Positions 1 through 15,079 of a stretch of 64,000 nt of DNA are shown in pieces. Position 1 is the stretch's first letter. Every line of letters begins with the position of its first letter. The DNA comes from the human T2T-CHM13v2.0 reference genome, Homo sapiens. The DNA lies in contig CP068257.2 of assembly GCA_009914755.4 (NCBI GenBank), positions 21,600,001 to 21,664,000 on the forward strand, read 5' to 3'. Made by a program: the position numbers and the translations under genes. The notes beneath the pieces were generated by a model, which was not told where the DNA came from, did no database searches, and saw only the letters and a program-made list of their open reading frames with translations.

Positions 1-642
1 TTATTACTTTCATTTAGGCATTGATGAATGTAGTCTTAAAAACTTACTTACTTAATTCAACCTGCAGTATGTGTCAGAAACTACAAATATTTACTTTGAG
101 TTTTTGATAATTGTAAAAGTTCACTATTATCAATATCATTTTTGCTGGAAGGAATTTAGGCCCAAACAGTTTAAGAAATTTGCAAAACATCAAACAGAGA
201 ATCATTTGGCAAAACCAAGCAACAAAAACACATTTTAGCTATAACACCTCATGTAATCAGAAAAGTGTGGAGGGGTATGTATCTGAGAAGTATAACCAGT
301 GATCCTTGCCTTTTTGTGCCTTTTGTCATTATTCCTGTCTTTGTGCAACATCCATTTGTTATTTCTGTAGATTGGTTTTCTTCATGTAGACAAACTAGGG
401 CACCAGTGGCTCCCGGACTCATATTTTCTAGTTTTTCTATTAGATAACAGGGGTGTTATTCTCTGCACTCCAGTTTAAATAATTCCATGAAAAAACTCCA
501 ATTGGCCTTTGATTTAGTCCATACACCCAACCCCTGACACTGTGACTAAGAAAGGGGGATTGTGGTTGTCCAATATGGATGGATGCCGAACTTAGTCCAC
601 ACACTGTTATCAGGGAGGCAGTCATGTAGGAAGAGAGTGGTT

Positions 643-1042
643 GTATTAGTTTGCTAGGGCTACAGCAACAAACTACCAAAAACTGGCTAACTTAAACAAC
701 AGAAATGTATTGTCTCACAGTTCTGGAGGCTAGAAGTACAAAGCCAAGGTATTGGCAGGGTTGTTCCTTCTAAGAGCCGTGAGAGAAGAATCTACCCCAG
801 GCCTCTTTCCTTGGCTTGCACAAGGTTGTCTTCTCCCTGTGTCTCTTCATGTGCCATTATTCCTGTGTTCATGTCTGTCTCAAAATTTCCCCTTTTCATA
901 AGGATAACAGTAATCTCACTTTAACTTGATTACTTCTACTAAGACCCTATCTCCAAATAAGGTTGCATTCTGAGATACTAAAAGTGAGGACTTCAATAAA
1001 TGAATTTAGGTGTAAGGGGTTGCAAAATTCAACCCATAACAG
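643..1042 (+). mobile_element. MaLR-type solo LTR (MLT1-like family), ancient
   Basis: The element starts gtattagtttgctagggctacagcaacaaactaccaaaaactggctaacttaaacaacagaaatgtattgtctcacagttctggaggctagaag and ends ...aaaattcaacccataaca. TG...CA termini are typical of LTRs. The family assignment is from memory of the consensus. Confidence 0.45.
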
Positions 1043-3409
1043 TGGTTCTTCTTTGAACAATATGGGTGAGGTTTTTCAAAAGAATACAAGATACAATTTC
1101 TTGATTACAAACTGCATCATTTCCTATGTATTAACTATGATGCCGATGCACCCTCAGTTGCTCCAGCCAAATGGTATGTAGTTAGAAAAGGTTGTATATC
1201 TAAGGTCTATACAAACTAGAGAACGAAAAATTTAGGGCCTCTTGACATTTTCTGCCTTTTGTCACTGTTTTTCTCTCTGTTATTTCAAATGGCTTTGTCT
1301 CTTCAAAGCTTATGCCATATCACAACATATTTGTTTTTCAAAATCACTAACAATAAATATAATTGTGTATATGCATTTTTTCAAAGTATAGAGAAAGATT
1401 TACCTAAAAGAGTTTGTTCCACCAGTATTGTTTACATTACAGGACAAATAAGGCACCTGCAGATGAGGGTGTTCCAATAGTGTTTAATTAATTTGCAGAA
1501 TCAGCACTATGTTTTGGACGGATGGCCAAGTTAAATGAGTCTGCTATCACCAACCAGCCAGCATGAGAGAAACAGATCATTAAGTCTGTAATTTTCACAG
1601 GTAATAAAGATCTAAAAATAATCACTGAATGTTTTGCCCCATCCTATGATTATAGATTTAACCCCTAAAGATGCAAACTAAAACCATGATGCTAGCCAAT
1701 ACTTCGAGAGATGAGCATAAATATACTTCCAATATGCTATGAAATTCCATCTGAGTCAAGTAGTTATTAGTACATTAATGAGATAACCAGTTTTATTTTA
1801 GTGGTTGCAAAACTGGCTTTTTTGGTGTGATATTATAATGAACATATTTGTGATTAAATGACAACACAAAATTGGCAACACACTGAAATGGAATCAATCT
1901 GCCAATATAAAATGCCACTAGTTAATGCATAGAAAACAGATTTTACAGTCACATGCTACATAACAACATTTTGTTCAATGATGAACCACATATACAATGC
2001 TAGTCTAATAAGATTATAACATCATATTTTTACTGTATCTTTTTTATACTTACATATACAAATATTTACGTTGTGTTACAATTACCCACAGTATTCAATA
2101 CAGTAACATGCTGTTCAGGTTTGTAGCCTAGGAACAATAGATTGTACCATAAAGCTTAGGTGTGTAGAGACTATCCATCTAGGTTTGTATAAGAACATTT
2201 TTATACCACGAAGTTTGCCGAATGAAATTTCCTAATAGTGCATTTCTAAGAAAGTATCCCCAATGCTGAGATGTGCATGACTGTATATAGTGAAATCAAA
2301 TGGAAAGCCTAATGGTAGATAATTGATCTTCAGACATGTTTCAATAATATTCTGCAGTGAAACTTAAAGCAAAGCAGCACATGCAGGCCTGCTGGGGAAC
2401 TGCAGGTGGACTGCCCTCTGTCTGGTTTTCATTCATTTTAAGGTGACTCTTGGAGAAAGGCATTAATATCAGGCTTTGCAAACACCAGCTGCAGACCCAA
2501 ACTAGGAAACTGGTATGTTAGATACGTGTCAGGCCTCCTGGTTGCACATATAGCAATGGATCACTGCCAATAGAAGGTGGTTATGCCATTCTTCCCAGAG
2601 TCATTGGAGAACATGTTTCTGTATTCACACAGAGACATTTAGGATCATGAAATCTCATAATTAAAGTATCAATAATACGGATCTGAGTAGTTCCTCTTCC
2701 TGAGTATACATCATAGTCACCTGGAGAACTTCTGAAATATCTTTGGGTTCGTTAAGTGTGGACCGGGGCCCAGGAATGTGGGTGTTTAAAAATACTCTAA
2801 GTTGATCTGCCTTTTCTTCTTTCAACTTACCTCCACACCTATCTAGTGCTAGAATATTCTGGATGAATGCAGTCAGTATCTGCTCTGACGTAACTTTGAA
2901 GAAGGAAAGGATGGGGAAGGAAAACATTATATATTGTCTTATAAGATTCTTATCATTCCTGCCTTGTAGTTTTGTTACTCCACATCTCCTTGATGTCACT
3001 GACAACTTGATGTATTCTTCATCATCATTCCATATAAAATGCTCATTTTCAGACCATAGGGGAATACTCTTTATGGCAAATTGTATATGGCCAATTAGTT
3101 ATCAGATTTCTGTTGATTTTTGCTATAACCAATCTATGGTTACAATTCAACTATGATTTGACAAGTAAAGTTACATCCTAATCTTGTCTTTTTCCAATAC
3201 AACATGGTCATTGGCTCTTATATATGACCTACTAGTCAACTATTTTTAACCTTCATGCAAGTTGTATTTATTAAACTAAAACTTATTTCAACATCAGCAT
3301 TAAATCAATCTCTGATTTGTAGCACTTGCTGATTTCCGTGTTGTAAATACTCCCACCATAGCTGATTGCAACATACAAATGTGACCTTAATGAATGAAGA
3401 GTTGGCAAC

Positions 3410-3665
3410 GTGTTAGTTTCCTGGGGCTGTTGCAGCAAATTACCATAAACTGGGTGGCTAAAAACAAGAGGAATTTATTTTCTTACAGTTCTGAATAATA
3501 GTAGTTTAAAGTCAAGCTGTCAGCAGGATCATGCTCTCTCTGAAGGCTGTAGGGGAATGTCCTTCCTTTCCTCTTCCTGGCTTCTGAGGAATGTTAGCAA
3601 ACACTGGAATTTCCTGGTTTGTAGATACATTAGTCCAATCTCTGCCTCCCTCATCATGTTACAAG
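3410..3665 (+). mobile_element. MaLR-type LTR fragment, same family as 643-1042
   Basis: The fragment carries gtgttagtttcctggggctgttgcagcaaattaccataaactgggtggctaaaaacaag...acagttctgaa...ctctctgaaggctgtagggg and is diverged at its 3' part. Confidence 0.4.
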
Positions 3666-6600
3666 TAGAAGAGATCCCAGTTACCCTGAGTTAGCGGTGG
3701 TATATCTGTACAGGTCTGCAGCAACTTCAGTCCTTTCTCCTCAGAAGAAAGAATTTGACTTAGGAGCATAAAGCAGAAAAAGATACCAAGGCAAGTTTCA
3801 ACCAGGAGTGGAAGTTTATTTAAAAAGGCTTTAGAACAGGAAAGAATGGAAAGTTCACTTGGAAGAGACTCAAGAGGGTGCCTGAAGGTGAAAGAGGGAA
3901 GAGAGTGTTTACCCTTTATCTAAGGGCTTTCTAAACTCACCTCTTTCCCCATGATTCTTCCCTTTGAGTGGGCTTTCCACGTGCATGGTGCTCTCCTTAC
4001 CCTTGGGAATTGAGCACACACAGTGTGTTTAGGAAGGGGTACACATGCCCATCTGAGGCTTTTTTCCCTTTTTCTGGTGAAGTGAATCCAGAACGTCATA
4101 CTTTGCCATTTTTTTGTGTGCCATTTGGTGTGTGCAAACCCAGGCAGTTTCTTCTCCTTGGAGTCTGCATTCATTTAACACTAATGTTAATAGCTGTGGA
4201 TCATCAGGAAATGGCCTCTCCCTGGCACTCTGGGTGGGCTGCCAAATTATCATTTTTAAAGAGGTAGAGTGATAATTGTCAAACCATCACCTGACATTCC
4301 TAGTGGGTTGGGGAAGAGCCATCTCCTGCCCCGCTCATGACTATCTAATTACCTGTGACAATCACACAGCATTCTCCCTAACTGTATCTCTGACTAAATT
4401 GCCCTCATCTTATAAGACCACCAGACATTAAAGCAGAACCCACTCTAATCCTGTCTGGCCTTATCTGTATGACTTTATTATGTTCATAAAAACCCTAGAA
4501 ATTCACATTCACAGGCTCTAGGTATTAGGACTTCAACATGTCTTTTGGGGAGGACAAAGAATGTTATTTTTATTTTACATAATTTTGTATTGATTCTGCC
4601 TATATAACAGATATTTGCTTCAATTTTGTTTTCCTTTAAAACAAACTGACCATGTTAATTCACTGAATCGGCAAATATGTAGCAAATATCTGTTATACAA
4701 TAGGCACTTTTCAAGTCACTGGAAATATAAACAGGTCGTGAGTATATCATGTAATGACTTTTCTAATAACTGGGAATATCTCAGAAAATACCAAGAAATC
4801 CTTGCCCTCGGGGAGCTGACATTCTAGTAGAGAGACAGAAAATGATAGTTTAGTAGACATTCTAGACTTTGTAAAGTAGACATTCTTTAAAGTAGTGTTA
4901 AAGTGCTATTGATAACAGCAATTTTAGTCAGAAATATGGAGTTTTATTTTACTGTGGATGATCTCAAAAGGTCTTTCTCATGTGTTGATCCTTAAATAAA
5001 GACGTTAATGAAATGAGGAAGCAATGTGTATGTCTTGTAAAACTGAGTTGGAAGAGGGGGATTATTAAAAACAATGGATCTGATACATGGGCGCATTTGG
5101 CAAGTATCAGGAAGACACTTAGGCCAAAAAGAAAAAAGCTATTTGAAACATGATGTATGCAGTAGCAAATACAGTGTCTGAAGTAATCAGGACTCATATC
5201 AAGTAGGACCCAATTTAAAGAATGGTAGGGACTTTAAAGATGGAAACTTTGGAAAAGTGAACTATTTCATAATAAATACTAAGGAAAACATAGATTGTAA
5301 TTTTTAAAGCTTTTAAATCCAGAAGAGCATTAATTGATTATCATGTTAACTTTAAATTGTAAGACACATTAATCATTCATTAACTACTGACCACTTTAAA
5401 TTAAAATGTCACAAAATATTAATATTCTAATTTTTGATACATTGTATTAAACTTACTTACTTTTAACAGTGCATCCTTGCGCTCATTACCAAGCAAGGGA
5501 GAACAACACATATTTTGTTTAAAAATAACACAGGGGCAAAATAAAATACTTCTCAGTCTAGAACTAACATGTTTAAACCACTTCGATTTCATATAAGGAC
5601 ATTACTGCCATACTGAAAACTTGGTTCTTAAATTTTTACCTTTGGCATTGCATACCTTTTTAGCCAAGGTTAAGGTTATGCAACGGACATCCAATATAAT
5701 TCCCTTGTCTTCACAGAAGGAAAGTAATAATGGTGACTGGGCTCTGAAGAGAAGGTCAAATGAGACACAACATAGATTTCTTTATGTTTTGTCCAGAGCT
5801 GTGCTTAATTTCAGAGAGTTTGTGTTTAAAAGTGGAAGATAATTCATGTAAAATATGTTTCATTATCATTTGTAGAAGCCAGGCATGTGTCCCTTAATAG
5901 TAAACGTTCCTAACATGTCAGAATATGAGTTCACATTGTCACAGCAAAGAGAGTAAGTTGCTCCCAAATATCTATGTGTCCTTCCTGTGGTTGGGTTGAG
6001 TCATATATTTATTTCTGACCAGTAGGCTATAAATGGAAGCAATGTGTGTCTGTTCCTGGGTGAGGCAGGTAAGAGCCCTGGAAGCCACTTATCCAGATAC
6101 ATAGCTTGAAGGTGGAACAGAACCACCCACCTTTATTAAACTCTGAATGAACAAAAATGGAAACATTTTATTTTTCATTTCTATGTGTTGATTCTGTAGC
6201 ATGCCTAACATTATGCTGACTAGTATAGAAATTGGACCACCAGTAGAATGCTGCTGCAAAAATAAGGAAACCTAATTATAAGGTATCAACTTGGTAGTTG
6301 GGTGGGGGAAGGTAAAGAAAGTAAGATCCAAGCGTAAAGAGATGAAGATCCATATGAGCAGTAGCAAAACATGCTGAAATGTTGCCTAAGATCACCTGGA
6401 AAGCAAATCCTATGCCTACTGAACATGCAGCTCTAGGGTAAGAAGTTAGAAAACATGATGTTAATAGTTTGTGAGCATGGCTAGGGCTGCATTTAGTAAG
6501 GTCTTACAAGAAGGTGACAAGCTCTAAAAATGATTGGTCAATTTGCCAGTGCCAACATAAAAACAAATGCAGTCCTAAAGAAATTTAATTTGTAAGGTTT

Positions 6601-9600
6601 ATTGCAAGAGGCAGGAAAGAGACTATTGCAACAGAGGGGAGAAGACTCTTGCAATAAAGGAGAGTATTCCAACCATGAGATCTGCAAGCTTCTCAAAATT
6701 CAAGCAGAAAAGGTATTTTCTTTATGGGAAGGAAAATCAAGTCTAAAAAGAACTAAAGGTGCAGTTGGAAGATGATAAGGAAATGCTTTCCCTGAGGTCA
6801 GCAGATTATTTTTAAGGTGGGGCTGTATGCTTGCTCCAGCTGAACGGGGGGTCAATATTCAGAGTCTTTTGGGGAGGAAAGAATCTTAACTAACATTTGG
6901 TCAAGTCACTTAACAGGCATTTTGTTTTGATTAATCAGTGGGGACAAAAAAATTCCCCTAAACTCATATGAAGCAAAAACAGAAAATGTAGAGGTCTGTG
7001 TCTGTCCTTGCCATAAGTAAACAAGAGAGTCATCTGTAAGTGCAATAGTAAATCATGGGGGAAGGGCAGTTTTCTGCCACAAGCCTTTTCCACAACATGC
7101 AAGGGTGGGGGGATTTCTTTAACCATGACTGTTTTCCAGGTGCACGGGGATCAGATAAAGTTTAACATTGTCACAAGGAAAATTTGTGACACATTCAATG
7201 ACTGATGGAAAAGTCAATTTCTGTTACATTTCAAAGACTTGGTGCAAAGAAGCCTAGTAAAATCTTTCAAAGAGTGGCATGGGTTAAATATGAAATTAAT
7301 CATAATAAATTTCCAGAAACCTCCATTCATTGAGAGGGGTCATATGGGGCAGGAAAATGAAATTCCCCAGTAATAAAGATTTTAGAAACATGTCTCCTAA
7401 GAACTTTGGGTATGGTAATTAGCACATGAAAATGACAGAAATCAAATAGATAAACAGAGAAACTAAACTTTTATGGCAGTTTTGTTGGGAAAAAATTTAA
7501 GAGACTGGGGTAGAAAACTTTACCTATTTGGGATTTTTAAAGAAATGGTCTCTAAGCTTCCCCCTGTCAGAATTAGGCTGAGAAAACTGTACAACTGCAG
7601 GAAAGCACATATCCCAGTATCTACCTCAAATATGAACAAGTGTAGCTAATCCTGAGAACAAAAAAGTCAAGAGCCAGGAGAAGAAGGACCTCTGAGAAAG
7701 ACTATCAGATCTTAATCATGAACCGCATCTCAAACCTAGAATCCTTTAAAGTATCTTCCCAGTGACATTTAAGAATTCCTGAAGACCAGTCACTGACAGG
7801 ATAGGACCTTGCTGTATCCTTTAGGGAAGGTATATGTGTGCTGCAGGCATGGAAGGAAATTAAACTGATGTGTGGCAGACAGGACAGATTACATGTCTTC
7901 TCTACTTTTCTTTTTCCTTACTATGGCAGCCCCCATAGTCTGTGCAGAAGATTTAACTACAGATGGACTAGGATACTCAATACATTCAGATTATATAAGT
8001 GTAAGGGATAAACTGTTATTTATTAAGCCACTTAGCCACATTTTAAATTTTCCTGTTGTTGTAACTTCAGCATAGCTAAACATTTCACTATTTAAGGTAA
8101 ATTGTAAACCACATTTGCTAATATCGTCATAACTTCCAACTCCATCTGCATGATTTGTTTTCTAATTTCTGTTCTATAAACTTACATATAACATGTGCAC
8201 ACATTATGTGTATGCCTAGATCCATTCTTTGTATTATTTTTACACAAAGCAACATGCTACTCTCCTTAACAAATTGTCTATTTATAGTATTCTCCCTGCA
8301 ATGATAACTATTTACCCTGATTTTTCCTCACATATGCAAAAGAAATACTGATTTTATACAGTGTTGTGGAAAGAATTCTTTTTAAAAAGACTCTTTGGCA
8401 CACTATCAACTCCAAATTTGTAACCTACTCAGATTACTTACAAAGACCTTAAGTGTATTAGAGTTCAAATAAGCAAGAATTTTTCTTCTTCTTTTTTGTT
8501 TATTTTTACCTCATCTCAGGCTCTGTTTTCAAAGAATTTTGCTATATAATGTACTGTCAGAAATAAACTTACGGAGAAATTAGTTTTTGTTACTAAAATA
8601 AATATATTGTTACTCATTTAAATCTTGTTTTAGAAAGGCTGATCATTTTATTCTAATGTAATATATTGAATTATGTTATAGCAATAATGTGATATATGAA
8701 ATCTATAGCATTATACACATAAACCCATAACAATCAAATTATAAACTAACTAACTGGCTATTAATATTTTTATTAGAACATTCACAATGTAAATATTAAT
8801 TTATATAGAAAGTACAAAATATTCTGTGCAAAAAACTTTACTGCTTCTAGACTAACATTTCTTACATATGCATATGGTTATATGGTCAAGTTATTAGATA
8901 TGCAATGAAATTCATGGTATGTCTGGTTTCATCACATGCTGATAAATAAACATTCTTACTTTTTGTGCAGTTTAATGTATATTAATGGATCTTCACACAG
9001 TCACTCTTAAATAATAATAATCATTACCCTTTACTATTAAGTAGCGTTTCCAAAGTTATAACCTCTCACAGGATGCCCTTTCTGAAGGATAATATCTGCA
9101 TACTCAAAATATTTTCTTTCTTAAATGTCTAGATTTTGATCTGTCTTATGACACATATTATAAATCTGAAAAATGACAACAAAACAGCAATAATTTTAGT
9201 AACAGAATCCCTAATTCTATAATCTTTTCTCTACAATAGGTATACTTTTTAAAATTTTCAGTCGAACTAAAGAGCTTTACTAACTAATATATAAGTAGAC
9301 ATATATCATTCATCGGGGACGCCCCAGAAACCATAACTCTAAACATCTTTGAAAATCTAGAAATAGTAAAAAGTTCAATTTTCTATATCCTTACAATTCA
9401 AAGTGTGGTCCATAAAGTACATTAATATCCTCTAGTAATTTATTAGAAATGTTGAACGTTAGGCCCTTCTCAAGACCCACCAAATCAGAATTCGTATTTT
9501 AATAAGGTATCCATGCGGCTTCTGTAGCTTCATTAAAGTTGGGAAGACACTGCTCTTTACCCTACAGTAAAATGCTTGTTTATATTTTGATATAACTGAA

Positions 9601-12600
9601 AAGGAAAACAGTCATAATTAATATGATGCTAATATTTCATAAGTAAACTGATAAAAAGAAAAGAATGTTTATAGGACCTTAATGAAAAGAACTCTTCTTC
9701 CCCCACTCTTTCTTCAACTCTTGTGAAGACTAACACATTCCTACTCATTGCACATTAATATACTTTGTAGAAATACACTACATGTTAACTTGAAGTTTCT
9801 GAGGTAATTGCTAACCTCCTATTTCCAAAGTGGAGTTTTCAGATTGGACAATAACTCTGAAAAAGGATTTATAATCGCTTACTAGGAATGAGAAATGGCA
9901 AGAAGAGATTTTCCTCTCTCTTAAGTTGGGTCCTTACATTTATAATGCACAAGGGAGAAGTAAGGTGCTGTTTATAATATTACAGGACTATATTGTGTAC
10001 AATATGCTAATCATTCCATCACTTTTTTTCCTATCCAGATAAATCTAAATTTCGTTTTTTGTAAAGGCAATGATAAAAATATTTTCTATAGAAAACTTGA
10101 AGAAGCTGTTTACGTAAGGCAATTAAGAACTTGCCTAGATACAAATTCATTGAACTAAAAAATATGTTCTGATGGCCATTCAAGCTTGAAAACAGCAAAA
10201 CATCAGTTTGCAGATCCAGAAAAGGGCCTTAGAGAGCAATAAGAGAAGATGAAAATCATCATTCTGAGCACATTAAAAAAATTAGCCCTGAGATAGCCCC
10301 TCTGTTTTGATACTCATTTATATCTTAAAAGTAGTTTTAAAATAGATTTATAGATAAATATTTGTGACAAAATTCAGGGAAAAAAAAGAAAAAAACGAAT
10401 GAATAATACTTGATTTTCTGCAAGTAAATTTCAATTTATTTTTAAAAGTGCAGTCCTTTTAATGTTACTCATTTTAAATGGAGCAAAAAATGTCATTGTG
10501 ACCATTAATTTCCTCATCTGTAATGTATGTTTGTGAATAATGAACCATATTTCCCCACTGTGTAAACTACACCACAGGGACTTAAAACACTTTCAGAAAG
10601 TTGTACAAACTCTTTTGGGTCACTAGGATACCACTTAGGAAATTAGCACTCATTACAGTAAATGATATCCTGGTGGCTTGGAAAGGTCGACACAGCTTTC
10701 CAAAAATTATAACTCCCTCAGAAAGTATAGCTCAATGGTGATTACATTATTTGTGCTGCATTTATCTTGATATTTTTAAATAAAGATTTTCTTGTGGTGT
10801 GGTAAACAAGAGAGTATTTTTGCTGCGTATGTAAAAAGGCTAACTAAAATATCTTTAAAGATATCTTTCATATGCTCTGTAAATAAATAAGAAATAGTTG
10901 ATCTCTTATTTGAAATATAAATTATTCTAATATGTTGTATAATAGATTACAAATAATATGCCTATTAGATCACAATTCTGTACTTTACCAATAGGCTTTA
11001 ATTATTATTGATTATACATGTATATAGAAAGCAACAGATATTCGTAACTACTATTTAAAGGCGTTAGGATGTGATTCATACATATTATTTCCACTATTAT
11101 GAAAATATTTGGCATATATTTAAATGACAGAATCTGTGAGTTAAGGTATGTACAAATAGCTAACATTCATTGAGATATTAATAATGATTGCTAGGCAATC
11201 TTCTTTGTATCTTATGTAACTTAATTTAGTTTTTCTTCTTAACAATTTTCTGAAGTAGGGACGGATATATTATTATGTGCTTGGACATATAAGAATAGAT
11301 AAGGATAATGATCATTTGAATGAATCAGTTAAATGTGTAGGTTCACACAGAAAATTAAATGCTAATTTCCATAGCCAAGTCTGTCTTAAAATTTGCTTGG
11401 ATTTTTCTATGCTATACTACAGAGAAGTAGATTACTCAGTTTTTAGGAGAATTGAGTATTCACAATGAATTCTATGATGCTCTGGAAATTTGCAAAATTA
11501 AAGTCGACTACAGTGCAAACTCACTGTAAATACATTGCTTGGAAGGAAGTCTTGTATAATCATCTTCACTTTTAATACATATAAGCCCTTCAAACACAGC
11601 AAGCCCCAAACCTGCTCCAAAGGTAATTTTCTATTGTTTAGCAATTGTTACAATTGTCCCTATCCAGAGAATATTTTTTTCTAATTTCTTTAACTCAGCC
11701 CACTTAAAGTCATTACTAAAATTTTCAACAACAATGCTGTATTCTACAAAAACACTATGGTTACCTTAGTCCAGGACACTAGTATCTCTCACTTGGATTA
11801 CAGCAGTAATCACTTAACTGACCTCAGTGACAGCTTACTTCTGCCATCTCACTCCACTTCTCACATTTCAATCAAAGAGATCATTTAAGAATGCAAATCA
11901 ATAACTGAATTCCCCTTTAAAATACTAATGAGTGTATTTGCAATGTGTCTAAAATAGGATCAAAGTCTCTATTTCTTTCTTTGTTATTTTTAAACTACAA
12001 CCCTTTACCCAGCCAAACTACCAAACAACTGTGCGGGGAGAGTAAATGCATCTTCAGACATACAGATTATCTAGAAAATGGCTTTGAAACACCTTTGCTT
12101 AGGGATTTCTAGATGATATGTACATCACAAATGAGAACATAAACTAAGAAAAAAGTGTAGTTGGCAAAGTGTCCAGCTGCTTGTTGCTTGTAGAAAGAAG
12201 CCAAAATAATAATGAGTTGTGATAGAAAGAGAGGAGCTTTATCAGCTGCACTAGCAAGGGAAAAAGAGGGAGGAATTATTTCCCAAAAATCTCCACTCCA
12301 ATTTGTGGAGGGAAGGCAGGGGTTTTTAAAGAGAGAGGAGTTTGGAATGCAGGAGAGGAGGGGGGCTTGGATGCATCAGGTGGTGTGATCCACTCCAATG
12401 GCTTAATTTGACTTATTTTTCCATTTGGTGAAGAGGCCGACACCATCCTGGGCCCAGGCAGGTTACAAATTAATTGCAGTCAATCTTGCAGTTAATTTCT
12501 AACCCCTAGTGAGTTTTGGCCTTGACCGGAGGCAGAATTCTGGAGGTACCTGATCCATGTAAGGACCTAGCTCCTGATGTTTCTAAAGAAATATATGACC

Positions 12601-13686
12601 AGATAAGTGAGCATGGTGTGTGCTTAACACACATCCACATAAATGAATGTGCATAAGGCATGGGGGGGTAGAATGGGAAAAGAAAGGAAGTGGAGGTCCA
12701 CAGCACATCCTGAGGCTATAGTTCAAGATGAAAGGAAACATATATTAAGTTTGTCTCAAAAGTTATATCTTGAGATTGAGGAGAAAGGAGAAAGAAGATA
12801 AAAAGTTTTAAAACATGGTTTGAAGCCAAGCTAGCTGTCCTGTTACAAAATGACAAAAGGACACATAAGATACAATGAATACTCCTTTTTATTCAATAAA
12901 GGGAAGAGACAAAGGGAATCTCCAGGATAATGAACAAAAGAAATAGTACGGCAGCTGTGCGCAGGATATGTGATATTGTCCATTAAAATAAGAGCAGGCT
13001 ATATATCCTGGGAAATGTTTCATTGGTAAGATAAAATTTATATAATACCTAAGTATCTCAACACAGTAAATAAATTTGATGCAGTTCTTTGGAGAATTTG
13101 GAGTTGAAATGGTGACAAAAACATGCAAAGATAAACAAATGAAACAAAATAAGATAATTATTAATGCCACAAAAATATGTATTTTTAGGAAAATAAATAT
13201 ATTAGTAGTTTTCTACAAGGTTAAAATTTAAATAGTATTTAAACACTTATTGTAACATAAGTCTGGAATATTTATCTACCATAAATTTTATAAAACTTCT
13301 TTGAAAAGGTGATTAAATTGAAAGAATGTCTTGTATTGTATGTGAGAAATAAACCCTTATGAACACCAGGAAGTGACTGTTTTTCCTATTCTGATGTCCC
13401 AGTTTGGTATTTAGATCAAAAGAGCAATGATGGAATTATAGAAGCAAGGAAGTATTTCTTAACACTGATTTAGACTGCAATGGAGGAAAAAAAAGAGATA
13501 CCAATAACTAAAGATTATGCCCTTACTTTCTCTAGTTTATACTTTCAAAGCAAAAATAAGCAAATAAGTAAATCAAAAAACTACTCTCCCCTACCAATCT
13601 TATATTTATTTTAAGCCCTCCAAAATTGCTACCAATCATAACGATGAAGATGTTCAGACTCATTGATTTTCATTCCTTAATATTAT

Positions 13687-13726
13687 TGTATTAGCCAGGG
13701 TTCTCTGGAGAGACAGAACTAATAGG

Positions 13727-13797
<71 letters not shown>

Positions 13798-14230
13798 TAT
13801 ATATACACACACACACACACACACATATGTATATATATAAAGGGGAGTTTATTAAGTATTAACTCAAATGACCACAAGGTGCCACAGTAGGCTGTCAGCA
13901 AGCTGAGGAGCAAGGAGAGCCAGGATGAGTCCCAAAACTGAAGAACTTGGAGTCTGATGTTGCAGGGCGGGAAGGATCCAGCATGGGAGAAGAATGTAGG
14001 CTGGGAAGCTGGGCCAGTCTAGTCTTTTCATGTTTTTCTGCCTGAGTCATATTCTAGCCACACTGACAGCTGATTAGATGGTGCCTACCCAGATTAAGGG
14101 TGGGTCTGCCTTGCCCAACCCACTGACTCAAATGTTAATCTCCTTTGGCAACACCCTCACAGACACACCCAGAATCCATAGTTTTCACCCTTCAATCCAA
14201 TTAAGTTGACACTCAGTATCAACCATCACA
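13687..14230 (+). mobile_element. MaLR LTR (MLT1A-like) with internal CA microsatellite
   Basis: The element starts tgtattagccagggttctctggagagacagaactaataggatatatatata and ends ...ttgacactcagtatcaaccatcaca. The consensus (AT)/(GA) region has expanded into a (CA)n tract. Confidence 0.5.
13729..13851. repeat. Compound (CA)n/(TA)n microsatellite
   Basis: The tract is directly visible as acacacacacacacac... interrupted by atat and atgtat blocks over about 120 bp. Confidence 0.95.
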
Positions 14231-15079
14231 ATTATTATTACTTTGCATGTGATTTTTATTATAATTTTATTATCATAAGACAAGGGATTCTCATATCATA
14301 AGAGAATACACATGAAACAGTTTTAGTTGGAGTTTGGTCTTTGCCAAAATCCAATTAAATATTTTAAGAAGATAGAACACTCAGTTGAACAAATAGCCAA
14401 GAAGGAATTTGAGGAGAGTAGGAATTTGATAGCACTTTTCTCATCTTTGCTCTACATTCTTGTATTTGATATAGTGAGGCAAGATGAAGTAGAAAACTTC
14501 CTAATTTCTGGATCCTCCATCAGGAAGGAATGAAAAGAATGAAACTTGTGTTTAACATTCTGGATTTTCCTGGAGAATGTTCAAGGAATTGGTTTCTGTT
14601 CTACCTGATATGGGCCATTGATGGTAATCATTGTATACCTTGGAAACCAAGTAGGAGGTCTGTAGTGCCATGGAGTATTAGGACAATGAGGAGTTGACAG
14701 TTTTTTCAGGTAGGCACTTGGGGGCAAAAGGAGTGTACAGTGCTTTCAAATTAGGAATGCAATAAAAATAAAAATGAAAGCTTTGAGGGCAAGCATCTTG
14801 AGAAAAATAAACAGTTAAAAGCATTGACATATAGAATAAAACCAGACTCACAAGTTCAGGAAAGACATATCCCAGAAAATTCTTGAGAGGTCTAAGAATC
14901 TCTAGCCAAGCTGACTAGTAAAGGTCTTCTCCTGCATGGAGGCAGTGCGTAAAGATTACAAGAGATTTTTATGCTTTTTTCAAATACATAAATCTCCATA
15001 AAGGTCACAAGGCATACCTAGAAATAGGGAAACATAGGATAACCAAAGAGACAAAATAAATCTCCAGAAAGCCACCCTC

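Noticed and set aside
7880-8090. A possible additional inverted copy of the MLT1-like LTR family (ctgttatttattaagccacttagccac...)
   Set aside because: The similarity is too weak and patchy to call without an alignment tool.
9301-9340. A near-palindrome ggggacgcccc in otherwise AT-rich sequence
   Set aside because: It is imperfect and isolated with no flanking structure, so it is likely chance.
12180-12520. A locally GC-richer patch (ggagaggaggggggcttggatgcatcaggtggtgtgatcc ... gaggccgacaccatcctgggcccaggcagg) considered as a CpG island or promoter
   Set aside because: It has only a handful of CpGs over about 300 bp and no TATA or initiator context. It is more likely a decayed repeat fragment.
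13719-13913. A 64-aa ORF on the minus strand with a CVCVCV repeat peptide
   Set aside because: It is a translation of the (CA)n microsatellite inside an LTR.
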